DNA of 64,000 nt from a virus. Lineage: Duplodnaviria; Caudoviricetes. A model generated the notes under the pieces. That model ran no database searches, was not told the origin of the DNA, and was given only the letters and a program-made list of their open reading frames with translations. This document shows, one piece after another, positions 20,116 through 28,882 of the stretch. Positions within the stretch are counted from its first letter, which is position 1; each line of letters begins with the position of its first letter. The translations under genes and the position numbers were made by a program. The stretch lies in IMG/VR virus record IMGVR_UViG_3300020037_004820; one strand, written 5' to 3'.

Positions 20116-21128
20116 TAAGAGAATTATTTGAAAATAATGATACATATGAATCTGCGGTAGTGAATGCTAATTTATTAGATTTTTCGCAAGTCAGAGAATA
20201 TGGATTTATTTGTAAAGACAGATTGTATATTCCAAATAATTTATTCATTAAGCCAAGTATAAAACAGCCTGTGATCAATTTTGTAGATTCAAATGAGGCA
20301 TTAGACAAGTTGTTGAGTCACATCCGTAACCACTGCACATTTGGTAGAATACCTACAACTTCTAAATTTCACATAAACAATATTAAATTGACCAAATCGT
20401 ACATAAATTCCGAAGATTTATACAAATCGTATATGTTTATATTATTATCCAATTTTTTGGATAAAATGCCGCAAACAGACTTCACAACCTTTTCAGAATT
20501 TTTTAATAAATTTGTGTATGAAATGTACACAGATATAAAATTTATGAGTGATTTTATGAAGTCAGAAATAGTATCTATATTTTCAACAGGATTAGCTTAT
20601 CAAATATTTGATGAAAAAAAACCTGATATGGAAATTGCAAAATCTTATATACAAGATGATTTCTTCTATATATTCAAAAACATATGTTTACAATATAATT
20701 TCATAATTGACAAACATATGCCCTGGATTATAGTCTACCGTGTGTCGGAAGAATATTTGACCGACAATATCAATAGATATAAGAGCGTATATGCATCAGA
20801 TATGAGCATATTTTTCTCGGTAATGAAGATATTATATACGTATTATGTGCGTAATATTTTGAATCAAGATTTATATAATAACGTAGATATAGACAACTTT
20901 TCATTGTCTAAAGATGCGATATTGAACTTATACATCGAAAAAAAATTAGAAATCCAGTATATTAAATATACAAAAGATGATTTCCTTTCATTAAAGAATT
21001 TCTTTAAAACGAATACTCTGTATAACGGACTTGAAAGCAGTGCTCATAAACTCAACAATATTAAACAAGTCAGTGATGCCGTTTATGATGATTGGCAACA
21101 AATATATCTCGGATTGGGGAATAACTGA
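20112..21128 (+). CDS. hypothetical protein
   Basis: 338-aa ORF with ATGA overlap. Confidence 0.6.
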   Translation: MIRELFENNDTYESAVVNANLLDFSQVREYGFICKDRLYIPNNLFIKPSIKQPVINFVDSNEALDKLLSHIRNHCTFGRIPTTSKFHINNIKLTKSYINSEDLYKSYMFILLSNFLDKMPQTDFTTFSEFFNKFVYEMYTDIKFMSDFMKSEIVSIFSTGLAYQIFDEKKPDMEIAKSYIQDDFFYIFKNICLQYNFIIDKHMPWIIVYRVSEEYLTDNINRYKSVYASDMSIFFSVMKILYTYYVRNILNQDLYNNVDIDNFSLSKDAILNLYIEKKLEIQYIKYTKDDFLSLKNFFKTNTLYNGLESSAHKLNNIKQVSDAVYDDWQQIYLGLGNN

Positions 21129-22215
21129 TACACTACCTGTAATAGATAATAATATTTACATTTCTGTTTATTTCGAAAAATCATTTTTATTTAGAGAAGA
21201 TATTTTATATCTTCCGTGTTTGATTAATTCTTACAATTATCACATCTATTTAACCGGCTATTATAACTTTAACTCATTCAAATCCTGTTATGAGAAGTTC
21301 AAAGCTGAACTTCGTTCACTATACGTTTGTCGTTTTAATATTTCTGACTTTACTAATTTTTTGAATGAGAAAGTTATTCTATCCTTTTACAAAGAGTATA
21401 AAGAGGCAATTCTATTCTTATACGAAAAATTCAACTTTGTAGAAGATTATGAGCATAAAGCAAAAGCATTTATAATTTCTGAGTATATCAGTTTTGGTAA
21501 ACTATTATATGATGACAAATATGTGAAAATATCTTTCAATCCTTTTACAGATTATGGAAGATTTGGTTTAAATGCGAACTCTTTTAATATATTATCTTTA
21601 GCCAAAGATAAACGTTATAAATTGGATGCGGATAAAGACTTCGAATTTTTCGAATATGATTACAATGCATTTGAGATAAGAGTATTGTTAGCTTTACTGA
21701 AAATCAATCAACCTAAAGGAGATTTATACGAAGTATTGCATAATATGTCAAACGATTATAGACAACGTTCTCAGTTTAAACAATTTCTAATATCTTCAAT
21801 ATATTCGAAAAACGAAGATAAAACAGTTCTCTATAATTTTATGAAAAATAGAGAGTTTTATAAACAATATCAAATTGTAGAAGGGCATGTAACAAATATC
21901 TTTGGAAAGAAGATGGAGTCTGATGAGTATCATATTTTGTCTAGAGTGCTGCAATCTTCGGCAGCGTATATATTATACCAACAAATGTACGAACTAGCTT
22001 TCTTTATAGAAACGAATAAATTGAAAACAAGGATAGCATTTTGTATACATGATTCAGTATGTTTGATGATTCATAAAGATGAACATCAATATATTGATCA
22101 ATTTAAACAGATATTAGCCACAGTTAATATAAAAAAGTTAAATTATGAATCATTTTTTGAATTGAAAATAAAACGTGGAAAAAATTACGGAGAAATGAAA
22201 GCATATGAAACTTAA
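21031..22215 (+). CDS. minimal family A DNA polymerase-like protein
   Basis: TDYGRF, motif A EYDYNAFEIRVL, motif B-like RSQFKQ...YS, LQSSAA, motif C CIHDSV; true start probably an ATG near 21076-21088. Confidence 0.7.
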   Translation: MKAVLINSTILNKSVMPFMMIGNKYISDWGITDTLPVIDNNIYISVYFEKSFLFREDILYLPCLINSYNYHIYLTGYYNFNSFKSCYEKFKAELRSLYVCRFNISDFTNFLNEKVILSFYKEYKEAILFLYEKFNFVEDYEHKAKAFIISEYISFGKLLYDDKYVKISFNPFTDYGRFGLNANSFNILSLAKDKRYKLDADKDFEFFEYDYNAFEIRVLLALLKINQPKGDLYEVLHNMSNDYRQRSQFKQFLISSIYSKNEDKTVLYNFMKNREFYKQYQIVEGHVTNIFGKKMESDEYHILSRVLQSSAAYILYQQMYELAFFIETNKLKTRIAFCIHDSVCLMIHKDEHQYIDQFKQILATVNIKKLNYESFFELKIKRGKNYGEMKAYET

Positions 22216-23002
22216 TTTAGTAGGAATAGGTTCTTTTTCCTCACAAATAGTTGATCGATTACATGATGAAGATTGCCAAAGTATTATATATCGAGAAAAC
22301 CTTGCGGATCTTGATTTAGAATCAAATGAGATGAGCTTTCAAGCATCTGACAGCCTGATCACGTACAATATGTCTAATATACAAGAAACGTTTTGTTTCG
22401 TTGATTGTAAAGAAGGAATAGCGGGCATCACGCTTTCTCTATTGAAGAAATTTTCTGAAAAGGATATAACGGTATTTATGCTGGTATATAATTGCCAGTC
22501 AATAACTGAGAAAATGAATCAGAAAATAACCTATAACGTATTACAGGAATATGCGCGCAGTGGAGTGTTTAAGGGTGTATTCATATTGAATTATGATAAC
22601 CTATTTGATCAGATTGTTAATGGTATGCCAGAAAATGAGGCTATATCTATAAATGATGTCAATATTAAAGTAATTGACAAGTTAATATTTGGTGTGCATG
22701 TATACTGGAGATTGAATAACGAAACATATATGGAAGGCGAGCAGATTCGCTTCCAAGATACTATTTATAGAATCAAAACGTTCTTTGACCAAGTTGGAGA
22801 AACTGACTATACATATGGAGACATATTATATATAGGTAATCGAATTTTAGTCAAAGGACTTAAAGAGAAGATGCAAAAACAAGATCTTTTAGATTTGCAA
22901 AAATTTAAAAAAAGAATCAAAGAACGAGGAGATAGATATATTCTACTCAAATCAGAATTTGATTTCGTTCTTGGGATTGCAGAATCAAAAATAGTACAAT
23001 AA
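22205..23002 (+). CDS. degenerate tubulin/FtsZ(PhuZ)-like protein
   Basis: N-terminal LVGIGSFSSQI loop and VLQEYARSG..F..N segment; GGGTGSG signature degenerate (KEGIAG). Confidence 0.5.
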   Translation: MKLNLVGIGSFSSQIVDRLHDEDCQSIIYRENLADLDLESNEMSFQASDSLITYNMSNIQETFCFVDCKEGIAGITLSLLKKFSEKDITVFMLVYNCQSITEKMNQKITYNVLQEYARSGVFKGVFILNYDNLFDQIVNGMPENEAISINDVNIKVIDKLIFGVHVYWRLNNETYMEGEQIRFQDTIYRIKTFFDQVGETDYTYGDILYIGNRILVKGLKEKMQKQDLLDLQKFKKRIKERGDRYILLKSEFDFVLGIAESKIVQ

Positions 23003-23030
23003 ATAACAAACTAGAACAGAGGTAACATCA

Positions 23031-23894
23031 ATGACTGAACAATTAAACAAATTTCAAGAGCTATTAAACAAGAACAAATTTAATCCTGAAAGTGTGCTTC
23101 CCAAGCAGGATTTAAAAGAAGAAGATTTACGAAGATCATATAAACTGAAAAACGGTGCAAATGATTGGAGAATCATAGCTTGGGACGATGGATCTATCAT
23201 CCAAAAAAACTGGATTCATATGAATCTTGGTATTCCTTTCTTTTGCCCAAATAAGTTGGATAAAACTGAAAAATGCCCAGATTGTGATTTTGGTTGGAAA
23301 TTGTATAACGATAATGGTAAGCAACATACCGAAGAATCTAGAAACTTTTTGGCACAAGAAAAGTGGACAATTCGAGGAATTGCAAGAGCAGAAGAAAAAG
23401 AAGATATCGAAAAATTCGGTTATCCAAGAATTCGTTTCTTAGATTTATCACCTACTAATGGTGCAACAGTAGAATCTTACTTTACTCCTCCACAGATTAA
23501 AAAGTGGGGAAATCTTTCTGATTATTTTACAGGTAGAGATATAGAATTAAATAAGGATGAGGCAAAAGCGAAAGCAAGACAGGCATCTACAGTAATAGAA
23601 AGAAGTGCTGTACAAACTCCTGTATTTGCAGAACTGGACCCTAAAGATCAAAAATTCGAAGATATGTTTGTTAAGATGTTTGAAAATGCAACTCCTAACG
23701 AAGATAGATTTGAAAAGAAAACATATAAAGAAATTCTAGAATTAATGGAAAACTTTAGACGCAAGAATTCTTCTAAAGAAGAAAAAACTGAAACTGAAGA
23801 TTTCTCTGTTACATCTTCTGGATTTTCGGCTGCATCTTCCTCATTAGCTGAACAATCTAATGAAGATATGGATGCGGTTGCAAAAAGATTCTAA
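23031..23894 (+). CDS. single-stranded DNA-binding protein (gp32-like)
   Basis: H...CP.....CPDC Zn site, D..TGRDI, acidic C-terminal tail. Confidence 0.85.
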   Translation: MTEQLNKFQELLNKNKFNPESVLPKQDLKEEDLRRSYKLKNGANDWRIIAWDDGSIIQKNWIHMNLGIPFFCPNKLDKTEKCPDCDFGWKLYNDNGKQHTEESRNFLAQEKWTIRGIARAEEKEDIEKFGYPRIRFLDLSPTNGATVESYFTPPQIKKWGNLSDYFTGRDIELNKDEAKAKARQASTVIERSAVQTPVFAELDPKDQKFEDMFVKMFENATPNEDRFEKKTYKEILELMENFRRKNSSKEEKTETEDFSVTSSGFSAASSSLAEQSNEDMDAVAKRF

Positions 23895-23907
23895 ATAACG
23901 TAGACTT

Positions 23908-23959
23908 AGAAATCCCTATATGGATTAGTGCATGCATTAATTTGTATAGGGATTTCTTT
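23908..23959 (+). terminator. long stem-loop after the SSB gene
   Basis: AGAAATCCCTATA ... TATAGGGATTTCT 13-bp arms with further pairing inside. Confidence 0.7.
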
Positions 23960-23976
23960 GTCTGGAGCATAATAAA

Positions 23977-25128
23977 ATGTCTGATAAAGAAGAAAAACCA
24001 GAGAAAGTAAAGAAAGAAAATAAGTTTCTTAATGCAACCGACATTAAAGAAATGATTAATAAGTCTACAGGCAATAAAAATGCTTACAACCTATTAATGG
24101 ATGATCCAACTGCCGTAACTGGTTGGATTAGATCTGGAAATAGGTTACTAGATTCCAACATCTGTGAAGGTAAAGTGGCAGGTCTTCCAGAAGGAAGAAT
24201 AACAATGTATGCTGCCGAATCAGGTATTGGTAAATCTTTCATAGCAATTGAGCATTGTAAACATGCTATAGATGAAGGAATACATCCAGTCTATTTCTGT
24301 TCTGAGCCAGGTGGTATCGAATCTGATTTCTTGTTAAAAGTTCTTGGTGAAGAAAGAATGCAAAATTTCACATATGTTGAAATTACATTTATGGAAGAAA
24401 TGTTTGAAACTATTGAAGCATTGATGGCAAATACAAAGAACAAATACTTATTTGTTTGGGATAGTCTTGCAGCAACTCCTTCCAGAATGGAAACAGAAGG
24501 TGGATTTGATGCTTCCTCGTACTTTGCGGTTGCTGCAAAAGCGGCTGCATTGGGCTTGAAGAAAATATTAGTTCCATTGTCTAGACGAAATTGTACATTA
24601 TTGATTCTAAATCAAGTTAGAGAAAATATTGGCGCAACCAAATACGACTTAATGACACCAAGTAAACGATTCAAAATTCCTGGTGGAAAAATGGTTGTAT
24701 TCTGTTGCTCACTTGTTCTTTTGTTATTCGCAAAAGCAACTAAAGCCGCAGCATTGATAGATGAGAATGAGCAAAGAATCGGGAAAACAGGAGAAGCTTA
24801 TTTCCTAAAATCTAGATTCAGAACAGAAGGACGTTCTATACCAATTGCTTTCACATGGGCGGGAGATAATCCACATTTCCATGATGAAGAATTATGGGCC
24901 GAAGCTCTTAAGGAAAGAGGTATAATAAAAACATCTGGACCATCGACAAAGATTACTTTTAAAGATGGTACAGAACATAGAATAAAAATGGATAATTGGA
25001 TGGAACATCTAAAAGATCCAATCTTTAAAAAGAAAGTAGAAGAAATCCTTGATGATGCCTTTATATATAACTATAAAGGTCCTACTCAAGAAAATGTTAT
25101 AAATATATCAGAAATGATCGAGGAATAA
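23977..25128 (+). CDS. uvsX: RecA/UvsX recombinase
   Basis: GLPEGRIT, Walker A AESGIGKS, WDSLAA, LNQVR, PGGK. Confidence 0.92.
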   Translation: MSDKEEKPEKVKKENKFLNATDIKEMINKSTGNKNAYNLLMDDPTAVTGWIRSGNRLLDSNICEGKVAGLPEGRITMYAAESGIGKSFIAIEHCKHAIDEGIHPVYFCSEPGGIESDFLLKVLGEERMQNFTYVEITFMEEMFETIEALMANTKNKYLFVWDSLAATPSRMETEGGFDASSYFAVAAKAAALGLKKILVPLSRRNCTLLILNQVRENIGATKYDLMTPSKRFKIPGGKMVVFCCSLVLLLFAKATKAAALIDENEQRIGKTGEAYFLKSRFRTEGRSIPIAFTWAGDNPHFHDEELWAEALKERGIIKTSGPSTKITFKDGTEHRIKMDNWMEHLKDPIFKKKVEEILDDAFIYNYKGPTQENVINISEMIEE

Positions 25129-25129
25129 T

Positions 25130-25330
25130 ATGATATGTAACTGTACTGGAAATTGTATGAGAGTTTGCTCAGTTTGTTATAGACGATTGGGATGCTCTGG
25201 AGCATGCGATTGCATGTCTAGAATATTTAATTTGCGGATAATACAACCTATGCCGACTGTCATACAGTTTCCAGACACAGTTATATATGACGATGATATT
25301 AGATGGTATTATGCTCAAGAAGAAGATTAA
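25130..25330 (+). CDS. small Cys-rich protein
   Basis: 8 Cys in the first 28 aa; RBS GAGG. Confidence 0.55.
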   Translation: MICNCTGNCMRVCSVCYRRLGCSGACDCMSRIFNLRIIQPMPTVIQFPDTVIYDDDIRWYYAQEED

Positions 25331-26355
25331 ACTATTTGGAGAATATGCAGGACAAAAATCAAATGCATGATAAAAAGAAAGTATTGATCATAGATGCGAA
25401 TAATATGCTCTTTAGATCATATTGCGCCAATCCTGCGTTAAGCGTAAAAGGACATCATGTTGGAGGAATTTTAGGATTTTTCTATTCTTTGCAAAAAGCA
25501 ATTAAAGATGTCAATCCTCATCGAATTTTTATAGTGTGGGATGGACGTGGTGGGTCTAAAAAGCGTAGAGAAATTGTACCAGAATATAAAGAAGGTAGAA
25601 AAGCGCCCAAACCAATGACGCTAAATAGAACACATGATATTCAATTAAGTCCAGATGAAGAAAAAATCTCTTTATATTATCAGCAAGGGAAAGTAATAGA
25701 ATTGCTCAACAATTTTCCATTTGTTCAATTATGTGAAAATGGGGTAGAGGCTGACGATTTCATATCGTACTTATGCAACAAATACTCAATAGCTGACAAC
25801 TATATGAAGGTGATTATATCTAATGACAAGGATTTCATTCAATTAACTAATGAATCTACGATACTGTATAGACCTGCTACAGAAGAATATCTTACCTATA
25901 AAAGCTTTTTAAAATCGGAAGGAATACATCCTAACAACATGGCTTTAGCAAGAGCTGTTGAAGGGGATAAAGGAGATAATCTCGAAGGTGTAAAAGGGGT
26001 AGGAAGAAAAACTTTAGTTAAAATATTTCCTGAATTATCTTTGCCTAAATTTGTAACAACTGATGAATTTTTTGAAATGTGTGAACAACGAGATTGTAGA
26101 CCTTCTAAATTGATTTTAGAATTCAAAGATAAAGTTAAAAGAAATTATGACGTTATGCAGTTATATATGCCAATGGTGCCTGCTATAACTGCGGTAAAGA
26201 TAGATAATCAAATTGATAGTTATGTGCCAGATGTATCTGTTCCTACTTTTTATGAAACTATTTCACAAGAAGGAATAGAAAAAGCATCTTTCGCAGCTAT
26301 GACTAATCATGCATATAAAATGCTAAAGGATTACAACAATGAACGAAGCAACTGA
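25303..26355 (+). CDS. 5'-3' exonuclease / RNase H (FEN family)
   Basis: IIDANN, VWDG, YKEGR, EADD, SNDKDF.QL, GDKGDN..GVKGVG; true start probably 25344 or later. Confidence 0.92.
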   Translation: MVLCSRRRLNYLENMQDKNQMHDKKKVLIIDANNMLFRSYCANPALSVKGHHVGGILGFFYSLQKAIKDVNPHRIFIVWDGRGGSKKRREIVPEYKEGRKAPKPMTLNRTHDIQLSPDEEKISLYYQQGKVIELLNNFPFVQLCENGVEADDFISYLCNKYSIADNYMKVIISNDKDFIQLTNESTILYRPATEEYLTYKSFLKSEGIHPNNMALARAVEGDKGDNLEGVKGVGRKTLVKIFPELSLPKFVTTDEFFEMCEQRDCRPSKLILEFKDKVKRNYDVMQLYMPMVPAITAVKIDNQIDSYVPDVSVPTFYETISQEGIEKASFAAMTNHAYKMLKDYNNERSN

Positions 26356-27733
26356 TACCGCCGAAGAACTTAGCTTAAAATCTACAACTAAAGCATCTTT
26401 TTCTAAATATCCCGAACATTTTCAAGTTAATCTAGTTAAACTAATACTTGAAGACAGAGCATTTGCTGCACAAATGCAAGAAGTTTTAGATATATCATAT
26501 TTTGATACAGATTATCTTAAAATAATAGTTGAAAATGTCTTCAATTATAAAGACAAATATGGAACACATCCTGCTACTGAAACGATCGATATGATTTTTG
26601 CTACACAGTTGCGTTCTGTTGATCCGATTAAAAAAGATCAAGTTACGAAATTTTGGGATCATTTTAAGAAAAATAGAACCATAGAAGATCCAGAATATTA
26701 CATGAAAATAGCGTTGGATTTTTGTCGTTCGGAAAAGGTTTTACAAGCGTTACAGAAATCTATTCCATATCTAAAATCCAATGAAATTGATGTTTTCATG
26801 GATAACATGACTAAAGCGGCTGCGCTTGGTTCATCGCAAAACTTCGGACACGACTATTTCGAAGATTTCGAGAAACGATATGAAAAGGATCATCGTGAGC
26901 CAGTTACAACAGGCTGGCCGGAATTAGATGAGGTTACAAAAGGCGGAATTGGTAAAGGCGAAATTTTCGTCTATGTTGCTCCTCAATCAATGGGTAAAAG
27001 TTCTAGAATGGTTTACACAGCTTGTAAAAATTTGCAAGCTGGACATAACGTTGTTTATTTTACATTAGAAATGCCGGAAGTAGAAATTGGACAGAAATTC
27101 GATTCTTGTTTGACAGAAATTCATTTAGAAAAATTAGTTGACAATAAAGAAGAAATTAGAAAATGTCTAGAAGAATTACCTGGTAAACTAAAGATTATAG
27201 AAGAAGAATACTGTGCAACAACTCCTAGACGTATTTTCAATAAAGTCAAAAAATTGGAAGATACTGGATTCGCAGTTGATCTAGTTGTTATAGATTATGC
27301 AGACGTTTGCGCACCAACTAAATCTATAAAAGATGATGATGGTATCATCGGCGGCATACATGTGTATTCAGAAATGAAAACTCTTACTCAAAGACATCAA
27401 AAACGTACTTTGACTGCTGCTCAAACAAACAGAGAAGGTGCAGAAGCTGACGTTATTACACCTAAGCACTTTGAAGGAAGATTCCAAAGATTTAATCCTT
27501 GTCACTTCGTTGTTGGTTTTTCTAGATCAGGAAGAGTTAAAGATCTCAAAACTCGTTTAGGACCTGCATTCTTATTCTCAGAAGAAAGAGATTTCGGAAG
27601 AGTATGGACAAAACTGCACAAAGATAGTACAGATGATATGGACCATATGGCAAATAATGTTTCCAAAGCAAAAAGCTCAAAATCTATTCAGGAAGCATTA
27701 AGTCAATTCTTACATGCAAGAGGTGAAAAATGA
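26339..27733 (+). CDS. replicative DnaB-type helicase (gp41-like)
   Basis: TTGWPELD, Walker A APQSMGKS, TLEM, IDYAD, AAQTNR. Confidence 0.92.
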   Translation: MNEATDTAEELSLKSTTKASFSKYPEHFQVNLVKLILEDRAFAAQMQEVLDISYFDTDYLKIIVENVFNYKDKYGTHPATETIDMIFATQLRSVDPIKKDQVTKFWDHFKKNRTIEDPEYYMKIALDFCRSEKVLQALQKSIPYLKSNEIDVFMDNMTKAAALGSSQNFGHDYFEDFEKRYEKDHREPVTTGWPELDEVTKGGIGKGEIFVYVAPQSMGKSSRMVYTACKNLQAGHNVVYFTLEMPEVEIGQKFDSCLTEIHLEKLVDNKEEIRKCLEELPGKLKIIEEEYCATTPRRIFNKVKKLEDTGFAVDLVVIDYADVCAPTKSIKDDDGIIGGIHVYSEMKTLTQRHQKRTLTAAQTNREGAEADVITPKHFEGRFQRFNPCHFVVGFSRSGRVKDLKTRLGPAFLFSEERDFGRVWTKLHKDSTDDMDHMANNVSKAKSSKSIQEALSQFLHARGEK

Positions 27734-27999
27734 TAAGTGCGTTAGAAGCTAGAGACTATGTGGAAAAAAAAGCTAAACGTGATAAAGAATTATATGATTT
27801 AAATTTTCCTGCGGTATATGCTGCTGCCCAAACCAAATTAGAGCTTTCTATACAAACTGCTACAGAATATGGACATACCCAAACACATATAATGATTCAT
27901 GATATCAACTTAGCAGAGCAGTTAGAAAGAGAATGTATCCAATTAGGATATAAAGTAAAATACAATCCTAAAGAAAAAACATTCAAAGTGGAGTGGTGA
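27730..27999 (+). CDS. hypothetical protein
   Basis: ATGA overlap with the helicase. Confidence 0.55.
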   Translation: MISALEARDYVEKKAKRDKELYDLNFPAVYAAAQTKLELSIQTATEYGHTQTHIMIHDINLAEQLERECIQLGYKVKYNPKEKTFKVEW

Positions 28000-28002
28000 T
28001 AT

Positions 28003-28689
28003 ATGGAATTAACAACTGCTATAGATGATAATTGGGGAACTCCTTATGATTTATTTCATTTTGCAGAATTCATGTTTGGGGAATTCAATTTAGATGCGGC
28101 TGCTGAACCAGATTGGAAAATGTGTGAAAATTATATTGGTGAGGAGCAAAATGCTTTAGATCCCAATGTAGAATGGAAAGGAGATAATATATGGATTAAT
28201 CCTCCATATGATATCAAGAACATAACCGCTTTCATAAAGCGTTCCTTTGCAGAATCTGCAAATCATAAAAGTATAACTTTGTTACTTCCAGTTAAATCTG
28301 ACCAACAATGGTTTCATGATCTTGTTGAACAAGGTGCTATTTTCATTTTTATTAGAAAGCGCGTAAAGTTTAGAAGACGTAATGGATTGCCTGCAATTGG
28401 TGCATCTTTTCCAGTTATGTTAGTAAGAATAAATTCGACTATATGTGAACCTAAGATTTTTTCATATGATGAACATATTAAATTGTTTGAACAAGCTAAA
28501 GAATTAAAGATGAGACGTTTACAAGAAACAATTAGTGAAGAAATTGACAGAGAAATTTTAAAGGAACTTATAGATAATCTTCCTAAAGATTTTAAAGAAG
28601 GTATTTTTAATACTTATCCTGATAGAAGTGAGCTAATTTTACTATTATTTGCTAATCAACAAAGGATATTAAATGAACTATCTACTTGA
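28003..28689 (+). CDS. phage N6-adenine DNA methyltransferase
   Basis: WGTP, FNLDAAA, WINPPY, LLLP...D..WF, R.KF. Confidence 0.88.
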   Translation: MELTTAIDDNWGTPYDLFHFAEFMFGEFNLDAAAEPDWKMCENYIGEEQNALDPNVEWKGDNIWINPPYDIKNITAFIKRSFAESANHKSITLLLPVKSDQQWFHDLVEQGAIFIFIRKRVKFRRRNGLPAIGASFPVMLVRINSTICEPKIFSYDEHIKLFEQAKELKMRRLQETISEEIDREILKELIDNLPKDFKEGIFNTYPDRSELILLLFANQQRILNELST

Positions 28690-28879
28690 AGATAATATAA
28701 TAGAAGTTGATTATTGTGTTCCAGTTCAAGGCGGATTGAGAATTTTTATGATGGGACAAACTTTTAAAGGTGAACCATTTGGATTATGGAAAAAAATAGA
28801 TTCAAATGGAAACATTATTAAAGAATTTTCGGAGAATCATAGAGAGCATATTTATGGAATCACAGAAAAGGAGACTTAG
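28673..28879 (+). CDS. hypothetical protein
   Basis: short ORF with RBS AAGGA. Confidence 0.45.
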   Translation: MNYLLEDNIIEVDYCVPVQGGLRIFMMGQTFKGEPFGLWKKIDSNGNIIKEFSENHREHIYGITEKET

Positions 28880-28882
28880 ACT

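Noticed and set aside
22205-23002. Evidence for a nucleus-forming (chimallin/PhuZ spindle) phage
   Set aside because: The tubulin signature is degenerate, the virion genes are T4-like and no chimallin-like gene is recognisable in this window.
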